Of a stretch of DNA of 62,522 nt, positions 9,382 through 19,420 are shown piece after piece. Numbering within the stretch: the stretch's first letter is position 1; each line of letters opens with the position of its first letter. A program made the position numbers and the translations under genes. The stretch is from an uncultured Methanosarcinaceae archaeon (lineage in GTDB: Archaea > Halobacteriota > Methanosarcinia > Methanosarcinales > Methanosarcinaceae): the NCBI GenBank assembly GCA_963727895.1, contig CAVSHT010000015.1, positions 1-62,522 on the forward strand. The letters are read 5' to 3'. Under the pieces are notes generated by a model. That model did not search any database. It worked only from the letters and a program-made list of their open reading frames with translations, and was not told where the DNA came from.

Positions 9382-11304
9382 TTAAATTAGCCTTATCTCA
9401 ATTGATTCTCCCTTATCCTGAGCATCCAGAATATTTGATGCAAGATCCGAGTTTGCCCGAAGTTTCACATCTCCATGCCGACTTACGGTTGCACTGAAAA
9501 GATACTGATCTTCGATGTATATTTCAACGTCCTTTCCTGAAAGTTCCGGTGCCACAAGAATAAGGTGTTTTTTGTCCTTTTCAATGAAAGGATGAACTGA
9601 AGAAACACCAGGCATCTCTTCAAAGCTGGATGTCTTTCGTTTCTCTCTGAGAGCTTTACTTTCAGCTCCGTATTTCCGGCCTTTTTCGATTCTTGGAGAT
9701 TCAACTTCCAGTTCTCTTACATCAATATGGAGTCCAAGTATATTTTCTATCCTATCAATTACATTTCCACCCTTGCCAATAACTTTTCGTACTTCTTCTT
9801 CCCGAACTTTCACGATTGCGCTATCGTCAGAGGTTACTTCTACTTCAACAGGACCAGAGGCATACCTTCCAATGACGTTTCTTATTTCTTCTTCCGCAAG
9901 TTTCCAAGCAGGTTTTCTGAGTTCGGTCGGCGCTCCTATTGGCATAACGACAACCTGCTCTCCATAAGTATAGATTTCATACTCTACTTTTCGGGTCTCA
10001 AAATCTGCAATAACAATTACGGGTCTTGCAAGATCCTGTTCAGTCATTCCATGAGGAACTTTAACAGTAAATTCAAGCACAAGAACCTTTGCGACTTCTC
10101 CTTTATCAATAAAAATAACGGTATCTACCACTTGAGGAATTACGCCAAGTTCAACCCTTCCAATCAGACGTTGAATTGCGTCTACTGCTCTGGTTGCATG
10201 AACTACCCCAATCATTCCCACACCTGCAAGCCGCATATCGGCAAAAATGAGGAAATCTCTAGTCTTCCGGACTTCATCATAGATTGTATAATCCGGCCTG
10301 ACCAGAAGTAAAAGGTCCGCAGTGTTTTCCATTTTACCATTAAGAGGTGAATACTGAGTAATTTCAGGAGGTACCTGAAGGTCTCTTGGAGACTCCATAG
10401 TTTTGACCACTTGCCCATGGTCATTAAGGTATCTTGCAACCCCAGCAGCAAAAGTGGATTTCCCAGCTCCTGGAGATCCAGCAATAAGAATACCACGCTG
10501 GCTTACAATTCGTTCTTTGAGTTTATCACTCAGTCGATAATGCTCAATATCCACAATTACAGTTGGCCTGACAATTGTAATTTCCATGTCATCGGAAAAA
10601 GGTGGGTGAGTAATTGCGATTCTCATATTTCGAATTTGCAGGACGGTAGCTCCACTTGAAGATAATTCTATAAAAGATTCGGCGTCCAGCCTAGCCCTTT
10701 CAATTAGTTCTCTTGATATGCTGGACAGTTCCGAAAAAGTAACAGGTTCATCACGAATTTTTACATAGCGTATATCCCCTACAGGCCCTTTCTTGGCCAT
10801 AGGAGAAACTCCATTTTTTAGATGCACGGACATTGTATCGTCCGTAAAAAAATGTTCTACTTTAAGATGAGTAAACTCTGACTGATCCAGAGTCTTGGGG
10901 TGTATGTATTCAACATTAATCCCTTTTGCTTTAGCTATTAGAGACTGAACCCTGTCTTCGCTTACAAATAGCCCACCAACCTCAATAGCCGTCCTTCGGA
11001 TAAGAGCATCTACTCTACCCTCTTTAGAGAGCTTGATTTCTTCAAGTGTAGGCTGAACCCCGCTGAATTGAAGAAGAATTTCATCCCTTTCTGCCAGCCT
11101 GCGTAGTTCCAAAAGTTCTTCAAGCCCTTTAAACCCTATTTCTCTGCCTTTATTTGCCTGGGCTTCAAGTTCCGAGACCACAGCTTCTGGAACAATAATT
11201 TCAGTACCCTTGAAATCTCCGCGTTTAATACGAGAAGAAAGCCTCCCGTCAATAATTACACTTGTATCCGGAACGATCCTCCATATCCGCTTGTCTTCAG
11301 CCAT
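9382..11304 (-). CDS. PINc/VapC-family ATPase (PINA type: PIN + PilT-like ATPase + KH)
   Basis: VPDTSVII PIN motif, Walker A GSPGAGKST, DEVR, KH GKGG. Confidence 0.92.
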   Translation of the reverse strand: MAEDKRIWRIVPDTSVIIDGRLSSRIKRGDFKGTEIIVPEAVVSELEAQANKGREIGFKGLEELLELRRLAERDEILLQFSGVQPTLEEIKLSKEGRVDALIRRTAIEVGGLFVSEDRVQSLIAKAKGINVEYIHPKTLDQSEFTHLKVEHFFTDDTMSVHLKNGVSPMAKKGPVGDIRYVKIRDEPVTFSELSSISRELIERARLDAESFIELSSSGATVLQIRNMRIAITHPPFSDDMEITIVRPTVIVDIEHYRLSDKLKERIVSQRGILIAGSPGAGKSTFAAGVARYLNDHGQVVKTMESPRDLQVPPEITQYSPLNGKMENTADLLLLVRPDYTIYDEVRKTRDFLIFADMRLAGVGMIGVVHATRAVDAIQRLIGRVELGVIPQVVDTVIFIDKGEVAKVLVLEFTVKVPHGMTEQDLARPVIVIADFETRKVEYEIYTYGEQVVVMPIGAPTELRKPAWKLAEEEIRNVIGRYASGPVEVEVTSDDSAIVKVREEEVRKVIGKGGNVIDRIENILGLHIDVRELEVESPRIEKGRKYGAESKALREKRKTSSFEEMPGVSSVHPFIEKDKKHLILVAPELSGKDVEIYIEDQYLFSATVSRHGDVKLRANSDLASNILDAQDKGESIEIRLI

Positions 11305-11900
11305 ATAAGGGGGTATAGAGCCAGAAAGTATATAATATAACTCTTCAATTATTCAACATATTAAGTATATAATATAAAATAGTTTTAAATATATAATATA
11401 AAATAGTTTAATAAAGGAAAAAAGATAGTACCTTAATATTACGGCAATATTTACTGAGCTCATCACAAAATCTATTTTCATTTTCGATTGTTAGAATAAT
11501 TCTGGATTACTTCATGGATTTGAAGCTCTATTGATTACTCAAAATTAAAAATCGAAAAAGCAAATTTTGATTTTGGTTATAGCTCACAAATAATTAAATA
11601 AGATGAAAACCTGTGCAGAATACTTCAGCATTTTAGGAGCAAATAAAGGCTAATCCCCGCCATTTCAATGGTGGGATACAGCCCGTCATCTCCAACATAA
11701 TATCGTTAAATTAATACACATTTGTATTCGGTTAAGGAATCTGTTAACGTTACAATGACTACTGCAATAATCTGCACATCTCGATTTACATTTATAGGTT
11801 TACAGAAATAGCAACAAAAATAACACATTCCTTATAGATCGTATCTTAACCGAATACAAATGAATTAATACATGCATGGTTACCATATGTATATACTAAT

Positions 11901-12326
11901 ATGGCAAGAAAAGAACACTGGATAAGTGCAAGAGGGTGTGTATAACACAAATTGCCATTTCGTATGATCAACAAAATATAGACGAAAAGTCTTAACAGGA
12001 AAAATAGCTGAAGACCTGAAAACTCTTCACGAAAAGATAGCAAAAGAAAAAAGTGTAACTCTTGTCACTCAAGAAGTAATGCCGGATCATGTGCATCTTT
12101 GGATCATGTGCATCTTTTCATCATCATGCATCCAAAGTTTGCACCTGTTGATATTGTGAAAATATTCAAAGGAATCACTGCAAAGAAACTCTTTGAAATA
12201 CATCCTGAAATAAGGAGCAGATTATGGAATGGTCATCTATGGAATCCTTCTTATTATGTTGGAACGTGCGGAGATACAACAAAAGAAACTGTAAAAATGT
12301 ATATTGAAACCCAAAAGGTGAAATGA
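11901..12326 (+). pseudogene. tnpA: IS200 Y1 transposase pseudogene
   Basis: MARKEHWISARGCV start, frameshift, TGA in place of Trp, 17-bp duplication over DHVHLF; intact LWNPSYYVGT...YIETQK tail. Confidence 0.88.
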
Positions 12327-13448
12327 ATGTTGAAAGTGCTTCGGTATAGAATCTATCCTACAAAGGCTCAAAAATTAAATATGAATAATACTCTTGAGCT
12401 TTGCAGGTGGACGTATAACGAAACACTTGCACTCCGGAAAAACGCATGGGAATCAGAACAAAAGAAAATAGGTTACTATGATTCTAAGAAAATGATTCCT
12501 GAATGGAAGAAAGAAAAGCCTGAATTGAAAACTGTTCATTCACAGGTACTATAGGAAGTAGTCAAGAGAGTAGACCTTGCATTTCAAGCCTTTTTCCGAA
12601 GAGTGAAAACAGGAGAAAAAGCAGGTTATCCTAGATTCCGGGGATATGGAAGGTATGACAGTTTCACCCATACTCAGTCAGGTTTTTCTCTTGATTCTGA
12701 TAGATTAACATTGTCAAAAATAGGTGACATTAAGATCAAATTGCACAGACCAGTAGAAGGAGAAATTAAAAGACTCAATGTTCGTAAGATGCCTATAGGA
12801 AAATGGTTCGTTTCTTTTCTTGTTGAAACTGATGCTCCAATTGTATTACAAAATACCGGATTATCTGTAGGTGTAGACGTAGGTGTCAAGAGTTTCTTAA
12901 CGCTTTCTGATGGTAATTATGTACCTAATCCTAGATTCTTTGTTACAGAAGAAAAGTTTATGGCAAAAGTTCAAAGAAAGCTCTCCAAACTTGAAAAAGG
13001 AACACTTGAAAGAGCAAAGGCTTTAAAAGCTGTTCAACGTGTTCACGAAAGAATAGCAAACAAGAGAGAAGATTTTGTACAAAAAGTAAGTCTTGATCTT
13101 GTCAGAGCTTACGATTTAATTACTTTTGAAGACTTGAACATCAAAGGAATGATTAAAAACCACAAACTAGCAAAACACATAGTTGATGTTGCATGGAATA
13201 AGCTTGTAACTATCACGTCTTACAAGGCAGAATGGGCTGGTAAACGTGTAGAGCTTGTGAATCCATGTAACACATCCCAAATGTGTTCAGGATGCGGTGA
13301 AATAGTTAAAAAAGAACTATCAGAGAGAATACACAGTTGTCCTTTCTGTGGTCTTACTCTTGATAGGGATCACAATGCCGCTATTAACATTATGAGATTG
13401 GGATTACAATCTCTCCAGAATTCTGGTAGATGCCCGTCACTTCAGTGA
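12327..13448 (+). CDS. tnpB: TnpB with a single in-frame TAG at codon 76 (pseudogene or pyrrolysine read-through)
   Basis: HSQVL-TAG-EVVKRVD in one continuous frame; GVDVG, TFEDLN, DRDHNAA; zinc finger. Confidence 0.85.
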
Positions 13449-13520
13449 TGGGAGTAGTCACATGATTAACAACCAGAAAAAAGAAGTACAGAAGTTTACC
13501 TATTCTGCAATTCACTAGAT

Positions 13521-13650
13521 GAGCCGATCCCAAAACTCAAAATCGTTTATTTAGATCTTGAATTTGCAATCATTAATTGAGCTTCGGATAATGAAAACAA
13601 TACTGAAAATTTTATGATTTTGAGAATAAAATTGGTTTTGGGATGGCCTC
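13521..13650. mobile_element. 130-bp MITE
   Basis: Imperfect 16-bp terminal inverted repeats GAGCCGATCCCAAAAC / GTTTTGGGATGGCCTC; GAT on both flanks; non-coding. Confidence 0.75.
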
Positions 13651-13914
13651 GATAATAAGGATTGGAAAAAGAAGGAATATTAAGAAACACATACTTTTAA
13701 GTTTTTTACGATATTCTGCATAATAAGAACATTGTTTACAATACTAGAAGTAAAGAGTTTATTTTTAAGAGCTAAAGTAAATATAAAAAAAGTGTGAGCA
13801 GAATTATTCAGAAACTTTTTATAATCGAAAACCCGATTGACTGCCTTAAATACGAGAATTGGGAGAGACAATTTTGAGTATTAGGATAAATTCTTAAAAA
13901 CAGTTGGTGATATT

Positions 13915-15318
13915 TTGGAAATTAATTGTATTGACTGTTTGAAAAAAATAAAACATCGAACGTTTAAAAACACGTTCGAATGGAGCATACTTATTACGTT
14001 ATTAATAGCTCCAGTAATAATTGGAGCTGTATATATTCGTACATATGGAGTTAACGTTCCTTATTGGGATCAATGGGATACAGTGCCAGTTTTTCTAGAG
14101 AAATTATATAACTCAAAATTGACTTTTTTTGACCTGGTGGCACAACATAACGAAAGCCGACCTTTTTTCCCCAATGTAGTTATGATTATATTGGCTATGC
14201 TTACCCATTATAACGTCTTATACGAAATGTATTTTATGTACGGATTATATTGCGTTTCATTTGTTATTTTATACTTGATGTATATAAGCGACCACCCTAT
14301 AAGCAAATCTTCCTGCTTAAAATTCATACCAGTTGCGTGGTTCTTTTTTAATTTGTTTCAAATGAGCAATATGCTTTTTGGTGTCCGAATAGGACAATCC
14401 ATGGAAATATTTGGATTAATATCTGCATTGTATCTGATGGATAAAAGTAAAAAATTTGATATAAAGTTTTTAGGCGCAATTATAGCAGCAATTGTTTCTA
14501 CATTTTCTTTTGTAGCTGGAATATCAACATGGGCTGTATGTTTACCGTTGATTTTTTTAAAGAATTCAGAGCAAAAAAGAAAAAAAATAGTATTTTGGTG
14601 TCTTAGTGCAATAACAGTAATTGGACTATATCATCATAACTATGAAAAGCCCAGTCAAAGTCCATCTCTTTTATACTCGCTTCAAAATCCTGTAGGTGGA
14701 ATCCTGGACTTTATTAGCTCACTTGGTTCCCCGATAGTCCAAGATATAGATACTTCTCGAGTAATAGGCATTTTGATGTTAATTCTATTATTTTGTGTAA
14801 TCTTCTTGAATAGAAAGAGCCTTATGATAAATAAGAATGCAAAATGGTACTCTGTAATGTTATATTCTCTGCTCATTTCTCTAGAGCTCTCTATAGGAAG
14901 ATCAGGATTTGGAACTGAATCAATGCTGTCACAGAGGTACTATTTACTTACTTATTGGAGTATAATTACACTATATTTAATAGAACTAAACTATTTGAAC
15001 TTAGAAATTCCAGGCTGTAAAAATAACATAAAACTCCATGAAACCCTAAGTTTACAGAAAAAATCAAACCATAATTATTTGTTAATAGGTATGATATTGA
15101 CTTTACTATTTATTGGTATCACAGCACATTTAATGGTGGGAATCGAGCAAGGCAAAGAGCTAAAAATTGAAAGAGAAAACATGGTTAACTATCTTGAAAA
15201 TTATACGGCTCAACCAGATAATAATTTGAAAACTCTATACCCGGATTCGGATGCTGTCCGCCATAGAGCCTCTTTCCTTGAGAGTAAAAACTTATCTGTG
15301 TTTTATAACAAAGGATAA
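13915..15318 (+). CDS. Multi-pass membrane protein, probable GT-C-fold glycosyltransferase
   Basis: First-loop motifs VPYWDQW and QHNESR, about 11-13 TM segments, GR..RY motif in a late loop. Confidence 0.65.
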   Translation: MEINCIDCLKKIKHRTFKNTFEWSILITLLIAPVIIGAVYIRTYGVNVPYWDQWDTVPVFLEKLYNSKLTFFDLVAQHNESRPFFPNVVMIILAMLTHYNVLYEMYFMYGLYCVSFVILYLMYISDHPISKSSCLKFIPVAWFFFNLFQMSNMLFGVRIGQSMEIFGLISALYLMDKSKKFDIKFLGAIIAAIVSTFSFVAGISTWAVCLPLIFLKNSEQKRKKIVFWCLSAITVIGLYHHNYEKPSQSPSLLYSLQNPVGGILDFISSLGSPIVQDIDTSRVIGILMLILLFCVIFLNRKSLMINKNAKWYSVMLYSLLISLELSIGRSGFGTESMLSQRYYLLTYWSIITLYLIELNYLNLEIPGCKNNIKLHETLSLQKKSNHNYLLIGMILTLLFIGITAHLMVGIEQGKELKIERENMVNYLENYTAQPDNNLKTLYPDSDAVRHRASFLESKNLSVFYNKG

Positions 15319-15571
15319 CGATTAGATTAGGCTGGTATCACATTAACATCAAATACCCATAAGATGGATTAAAATATTAAGAATAATTAAGTTTCTGAGT
15401 TTTGTAATGACAAGACTCATCACTAATTATTAATTATTGTTATGGTATACAAGGTTCGTAATTTATATAAATATAGAGTTTCAAGACCAATTGAATATTT
15501 GAGGATGAAAATGAGAGCCTTAAAAACTCTAAATTAGAATAAAAAAGATAGACAATTAAAATCAAAGATGT

Positions 15572-15856
15572 AAAATAGGATTAAATATATAAAAAGAAAG
15601 TAAGAAATTAAGGATAAAAGTAAAAATTTCTTTTTTATTTGAATAATTTTGTTAAATATATGATAAAAAATAGAATTAAATTTATAAAAAGAAAGTAAGA
15701 AATTAAGGATAAAAGTAAAAATTTCTTTTTTATTTGAATAATTTTGTTAAATATATGATAAAAAATAGAATTAAATTTATAAAAAGAAAGTAAGAAATTA
15801 AGGATAAAAGTAAAAATTTCTTTTTTATTTGAATAATTTTGTTAAATATATGATAA
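15572..15856. repeat. AT-rich tandem repeat, 95-bp unit, about 3 copies
   Basis: TATAAAAAGAAAGTAAGAAATTAAGG at 15588, 15683 and 15778. Confidence 0.92.
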
Positions 15857-16153
15857 CCAGTTATATTTATGAGGAATAGGCATATACAAAACCAGGTTTT
15901 GGTTAATATCGGTTTCTAATTTATATTTCGTTAATTATTATATTTGCTCGATAATAATACACTAACGATACAATAAAAAATCACTTTTATCGGCAAATGA
16001 TAAGAAAACGTAATTTAACAATTTGGTAGTCTTCCAAAAAGGTATATGGATTATTGATCCTTAAATCAAGTATATTCGCCAATAAACAGTGAATTTTGGA
16101 ACCAAGAGAGGTATAATTGTATCGAATCAAGTAAAATGATGGAGACGATATAG

Positions 16154-16510
16154 ATGAGGAAACAAAACTCTAACAAAATAAAAAAGACAATTATTATTTT
16201 GTTAGCCGTCTTTTTTGTAGTAGCCATGACAGCTGCATCAGCAAGTGCATGCACTTCAAAAGACAAGGATGGTAAATGTACAAGCAGTCATAAAGAAAAG
16301 ATAACTAAAGAGAAAATATGTAAAAAAATAGCAACGCCTGTTAAAGAAATTGCTAAACCGACAGTGGTTGCTCAGAAACCCGTCAGTAAAAAGATAGGAA
16401 ATAACTTGTTAGACTTTTTAGATAATAACTGGTGCGGCAGCGGTTGTGGAACCAGTTGTGACAATGGATGTAATATCTATTGTACCGAATGCTGGTTCAG
16501 TAACGATTGA
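16154..16510 (+). CDS. Small secreted protein with Lys-rich middle and Cys-rich C-terminus
   Basis: Signal peptide KKTIIILLAVFFVVAMTAASASA; GGAG RBS; WCGSGCGTSCDNGCNIYCTECW tail. Confidence 0.75.
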   Translation: MRKQNSNKIKKTIIILLAVFFVVAMTAASASACTSKDKDGKCTSSHKEKITKEKICKKIATPVKEIAKPTVVAQKPVSKKIGNNLLDFLDNNWCGSGCGTSCDNGCNIYCTECWFSND

Positions 16511-16798
16511 AGCAATTGTTGGTACTGTTAATTGTTGACAAGTCTAGACATAAGCTGTGAATAGTAGAAATAAACCTATTTGTATAATTGCGCATAGATT
16601 ACAGAAGCAATGAGACTCTCAAAATATATCGAAGTATTTTCCCGATAAGACTTATGCAATAAAAAAGAAAACATGAGTAGTTTTCTACAAAACATTAGGG
16701 AAAGAAAATTTAGGGTTTCATGCTTCCGTTTTTCAATTTAACCATGTAAGTACTAATTATAAGAAATAAATAAATGAATAAATAGATAAATAAATAAT

Positions 16799-17185
16799 TC
16801 AATATTTCTTAAATTTTAAGGTTTTATATATATCATCAGGTTCAAAAACCTTTTCTCCTACAATTTCTCCTTCAAGATTTCGATAAAAACAGGACCTGTA
16901 CCCCATATGACAGGCTCCTCCAACTTGTTCCACCAGCAAAAGAAGAGAGTCCATATCACAGTCGATTCTGATATCTTTTACTTTCTGTATATGTCCCGAA
17001 GTTTCTCCTTTTTTCCATAATTGTTGCCTACTTCGGCTCCAGAAATGTGCGATTCCGGTCTCTACAGTTTTCTCAAGAGCTTCTCGGTTCATATAGGCGC
17101 ACATCAGCACCTCCCTGCTAAGTTGGTCCTGAACGACAGCAAGGACCAAACCATTTTCGGATTTCAAGGTATCAAAATCGATCAT
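16799..17185 (-). CDS. hisI: Phosphoribosyl-AMP cyclohydrolase
   Basis: [21 protein letters not shown] and [10 protein letters not shown] motifs. Confidence 0.96.
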   Translation of the reverse strand: MIDFDTLKSENGLVLAVVQDQLSREVLMCAYMNREALEKTVETGIAHFWSRSRQQLWKKGETSGHIQKVKDIRIDCDMDSLLLLVEQVGGACHMGYRSCFYRNLEGEIVGEKVFEPDDIYKTLKFKKY

Positions 17186-17271
17186 GGGAGATAAATTGAA
17201 AAACAAGTATAAAAAATAGAGGGAAATTAAATAAAAGGTATAGAAAAAAACAGCAGATAACCTGATACTTT

Positions 17272-19251
17272 TTAAGGTTTGATTCCCAGAACATCCTCAA
17301 CATACGCTCTGAGAATTTCCGCAACGCTCCATGCCTGAGCAATACAGCCTCCAGGCAAGTAAGGATAATCACCATCAAAGACTTCTGAAATGGTGCCTAC
17401 ACCTGCAGTTTCAAGGTGTACATCAAAACCCTGCAGAAGAGTTCGCATGGTTTCAAGGCTTTCTTTTGAATAATTGTGAACTTTTCGGTAAGCTGTGACA
17501 TAAGCTCCAAGAAGCCAGGGCCAAGCTGTTCCGTTATGATAAGCTGTATCTCTGGTTACTGTATTCCCATGATAATGTCCTTTATATAATGGATGATCGG
17601 TTGAAAGAGTTCTAAGCCCAAAAGGAGTTAAAAGGTCTTTTTCAACTCGATCCACAATTGCTTTTTCTTTCTCAGAGGAAAGCATGGTATAGGGAAGTGA
17701 TACAGCAAAAATTTGATTTGGGCGGATTGCAGGGTCTTTAACTTCATTTCCGGCTTCATCCTGAGATACGAGGTCAAAAAGACAATTAGTTTCCGGGTTC
17801 CAGAAAGTGTCCTCAAAATTGGAAGCAACACCATCTGCAAGCATCTCGTATGATGAAACATTTTTATCTAGAAGAATACCCAGATTTGAGGCAGTTTTCA
17901 GGGCATTATACCAGAGAGCATTGATTTCACAGGCTTTACCTGCTCTCGGGGTTACTGCCATATTACCGACTTTAGCATCCATCCAGGTTAGCTGAGACCC
18001 CTGTTGAAGAAGATAATCAGAGTCTATTCCGATTCCAAAATCTGTACCCTTATAGTAATTGTCTATTATACTATCTACAGTATCCCAGACATCTGAAACA
18101 AAAAAGAAGTCTTTAGTATATGCAAAATATCGACCCACCATATGAATAAACCATAGAGAAGCGTCCACAGTGTTATAAATTGGTTCTCCTCCAAATGCCA
18201 TAAAAGCATTAGGAATTAGTCCTCTTCTACAAAATTTGGAAAAATTTTTGAGAATGGACTTTGCTTCTTCAAAGCGACGGGGGATTAAAAGCAGGCCAGC
18301 CATAGAAATCATGGTATCACGTCCCCAATCAGAAAACCAGTGATATCCTGCAATGACCGTATTTTCACCTGAAGAAGGATTTTTCACTATAAATGGGTCA
18401 GTAGCCCTTAGAAGATTGAGAGCAAAGAACTCGGTTAATCTTGAATTAAAGACCAGGAGATTTTGGCGATAGGTTTCCCTTGTATATAGCTCTTCTACCT
18501 GTTCGAGTGTTAGAGAAAAAGTATCTTCTGTTGAAGCAACAATAAAAAAATGGGAAGTTCCAGGTTTGAGTTTACTTTCAAAATAACCTGGATTGAAATT
18601 GTCTTCCTGGAAATTGAGTCCCCTTTGTTTTTCAGCATCATACTCAAAGTTATAGTACCATTTAGGATCAGGGTGATACTGAAGATTGGATGAAAGTGAA
18701 AAAGTGAAGCCGTTAGAACTTTCCAGTTTTACTCCAGCAGGAGATGCTTTTTGAGAGAAAGACAGATCTTCTGAGCGAACAGTTTTATGAAAATCTCTAG
18801 AATTTACCAGTGGAAAAATCCTTAGCACAGATCCTTCTCTTCTAGATCTTATATCATAGAGAATGCATGTTATGTTGCTGTTATGAATCGTAAAAACTTT
18901 TTTCTTCACGGTAAAAGTGTCTGGACGGTAAATCCAGAGAGGAAAAGGTGTAAGAATAAATTTGGAGAGGTAACTAAAGCCTGAAGGAAAAACAGTGCCT
19001 GGATATTTATGGGTTGCAAGCCGATAAACGTCTTTATTAATCGAAATTTCCTCATCAAGAGATGAAAGCAGTACAAATCTTCCAGGAGAGTTTTCTGGAG
19101 CTACGACAAGCAGTCCGTGATAGGTCCTTGTGCCTGCTCCTATGACTGTAGATGAGGCATATCCTCCAAGCCCATTTCCTACTATCCACTCTTTTTTAAT
19201 TCCGTCCTCGTATGTGAGAAAAGAATCTGCTTCAAACCTGATACCACTCAT
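17272..19251 (-). CDS. Amylo-alpha-1,6-glucosidase (glycogen debranching enzyme)
   Basis: [43 protein letters not shown]. Confidence 0.93.
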   Translation of the reverse strand: MSGIRFEADSFLTYEDGIKKEWIVGNGLGGYASSTVIGAGTRTYHGLLVVAPENSPGRFVLLSSLDEEISINKDVYRLATHKYPGTVFPSGFSYLSKFILTPFPLWIYRPDTFTVKKKVFTIHNSNITCILYDIRSRREGSVLRIFPLVNSRDFHKTVRSEDLSFSQKASPAGVKLESSNGFTFSLSSNLQYHPDPKWYYNFEYDAEKQRGLNFQEDNFNPGYFESKLKPGTSHFFIVASTEDTFSLTLEQVEELYTRETYRQNLLVFNSRLTEFFALNLLRATDPFIVKNPSSGENTVIAGYHWFSDWGRDTMISMAGLLLIPRRFEEAKSILKNFSKFCRRGLIPNAFMAFGGEPIYNTVDASLWFIHMVGRYFAYTKDFFFVSDVWDTVDSIIDNYYKGTDFGIGIDSDYLLQQGSQLTWMDAKVGNMAVTPRAGKACEINALWYNALKTASNLGILLDKNVSSYEMLADGVASNFEDTFWNPETNCLFDLVSQDEAGNEVKDPAIRPNQIFAVSLPYTMLSSEKEKAIVDRVEKDLLTPFGLRTLSTDHPLYKGHYHGNTVTRDTAYHNGTAWPWLLGAYVTAYRKVHNYSKESLETMRTLLQGFDVHLETAGVGTISEVFDGDYPYLPGGCIAQAWSVAEILRAYVEDVLGIKP

Positions 19252-19420
19252 AGATATCTGATTAGGGTTTAATTTTTTAAATATTTGTACCTTTGGAAAA
19301 AGCGCTGAGAAAGTATAAAAAATGGAGAAAAGCCAGATTATAGCAAAAGATTCTAATTATTATATTTAAGATGCGGACATAAACTATTTTATTTGTGCAA
19401 GATATAAGAAAGTGAGAATT

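Larger units (their letters stand above)
11637..13461 (+). mobile_element. IS200/IS605-family element D (tnpA and tnpB in tandem)
   Basis: Left hairpin CCCGCCATTTCAATGGTGGG at about 11655-11675; right hairpin CCCGTCACTTCAGTGATGGG then TCAC at 13461; left boundary approximate. Confidence 0.85.

Noticed and set aside
15572..15856. Possible CRISPR array
   Set aside because: Contiguous 95-bp units without unique spacers, and no cas genes nearby
16508..16510. Selenocysteine codon
   Set aside because: Sec decoding is not established in Methanosarcina and no SECIS-like element was recognised
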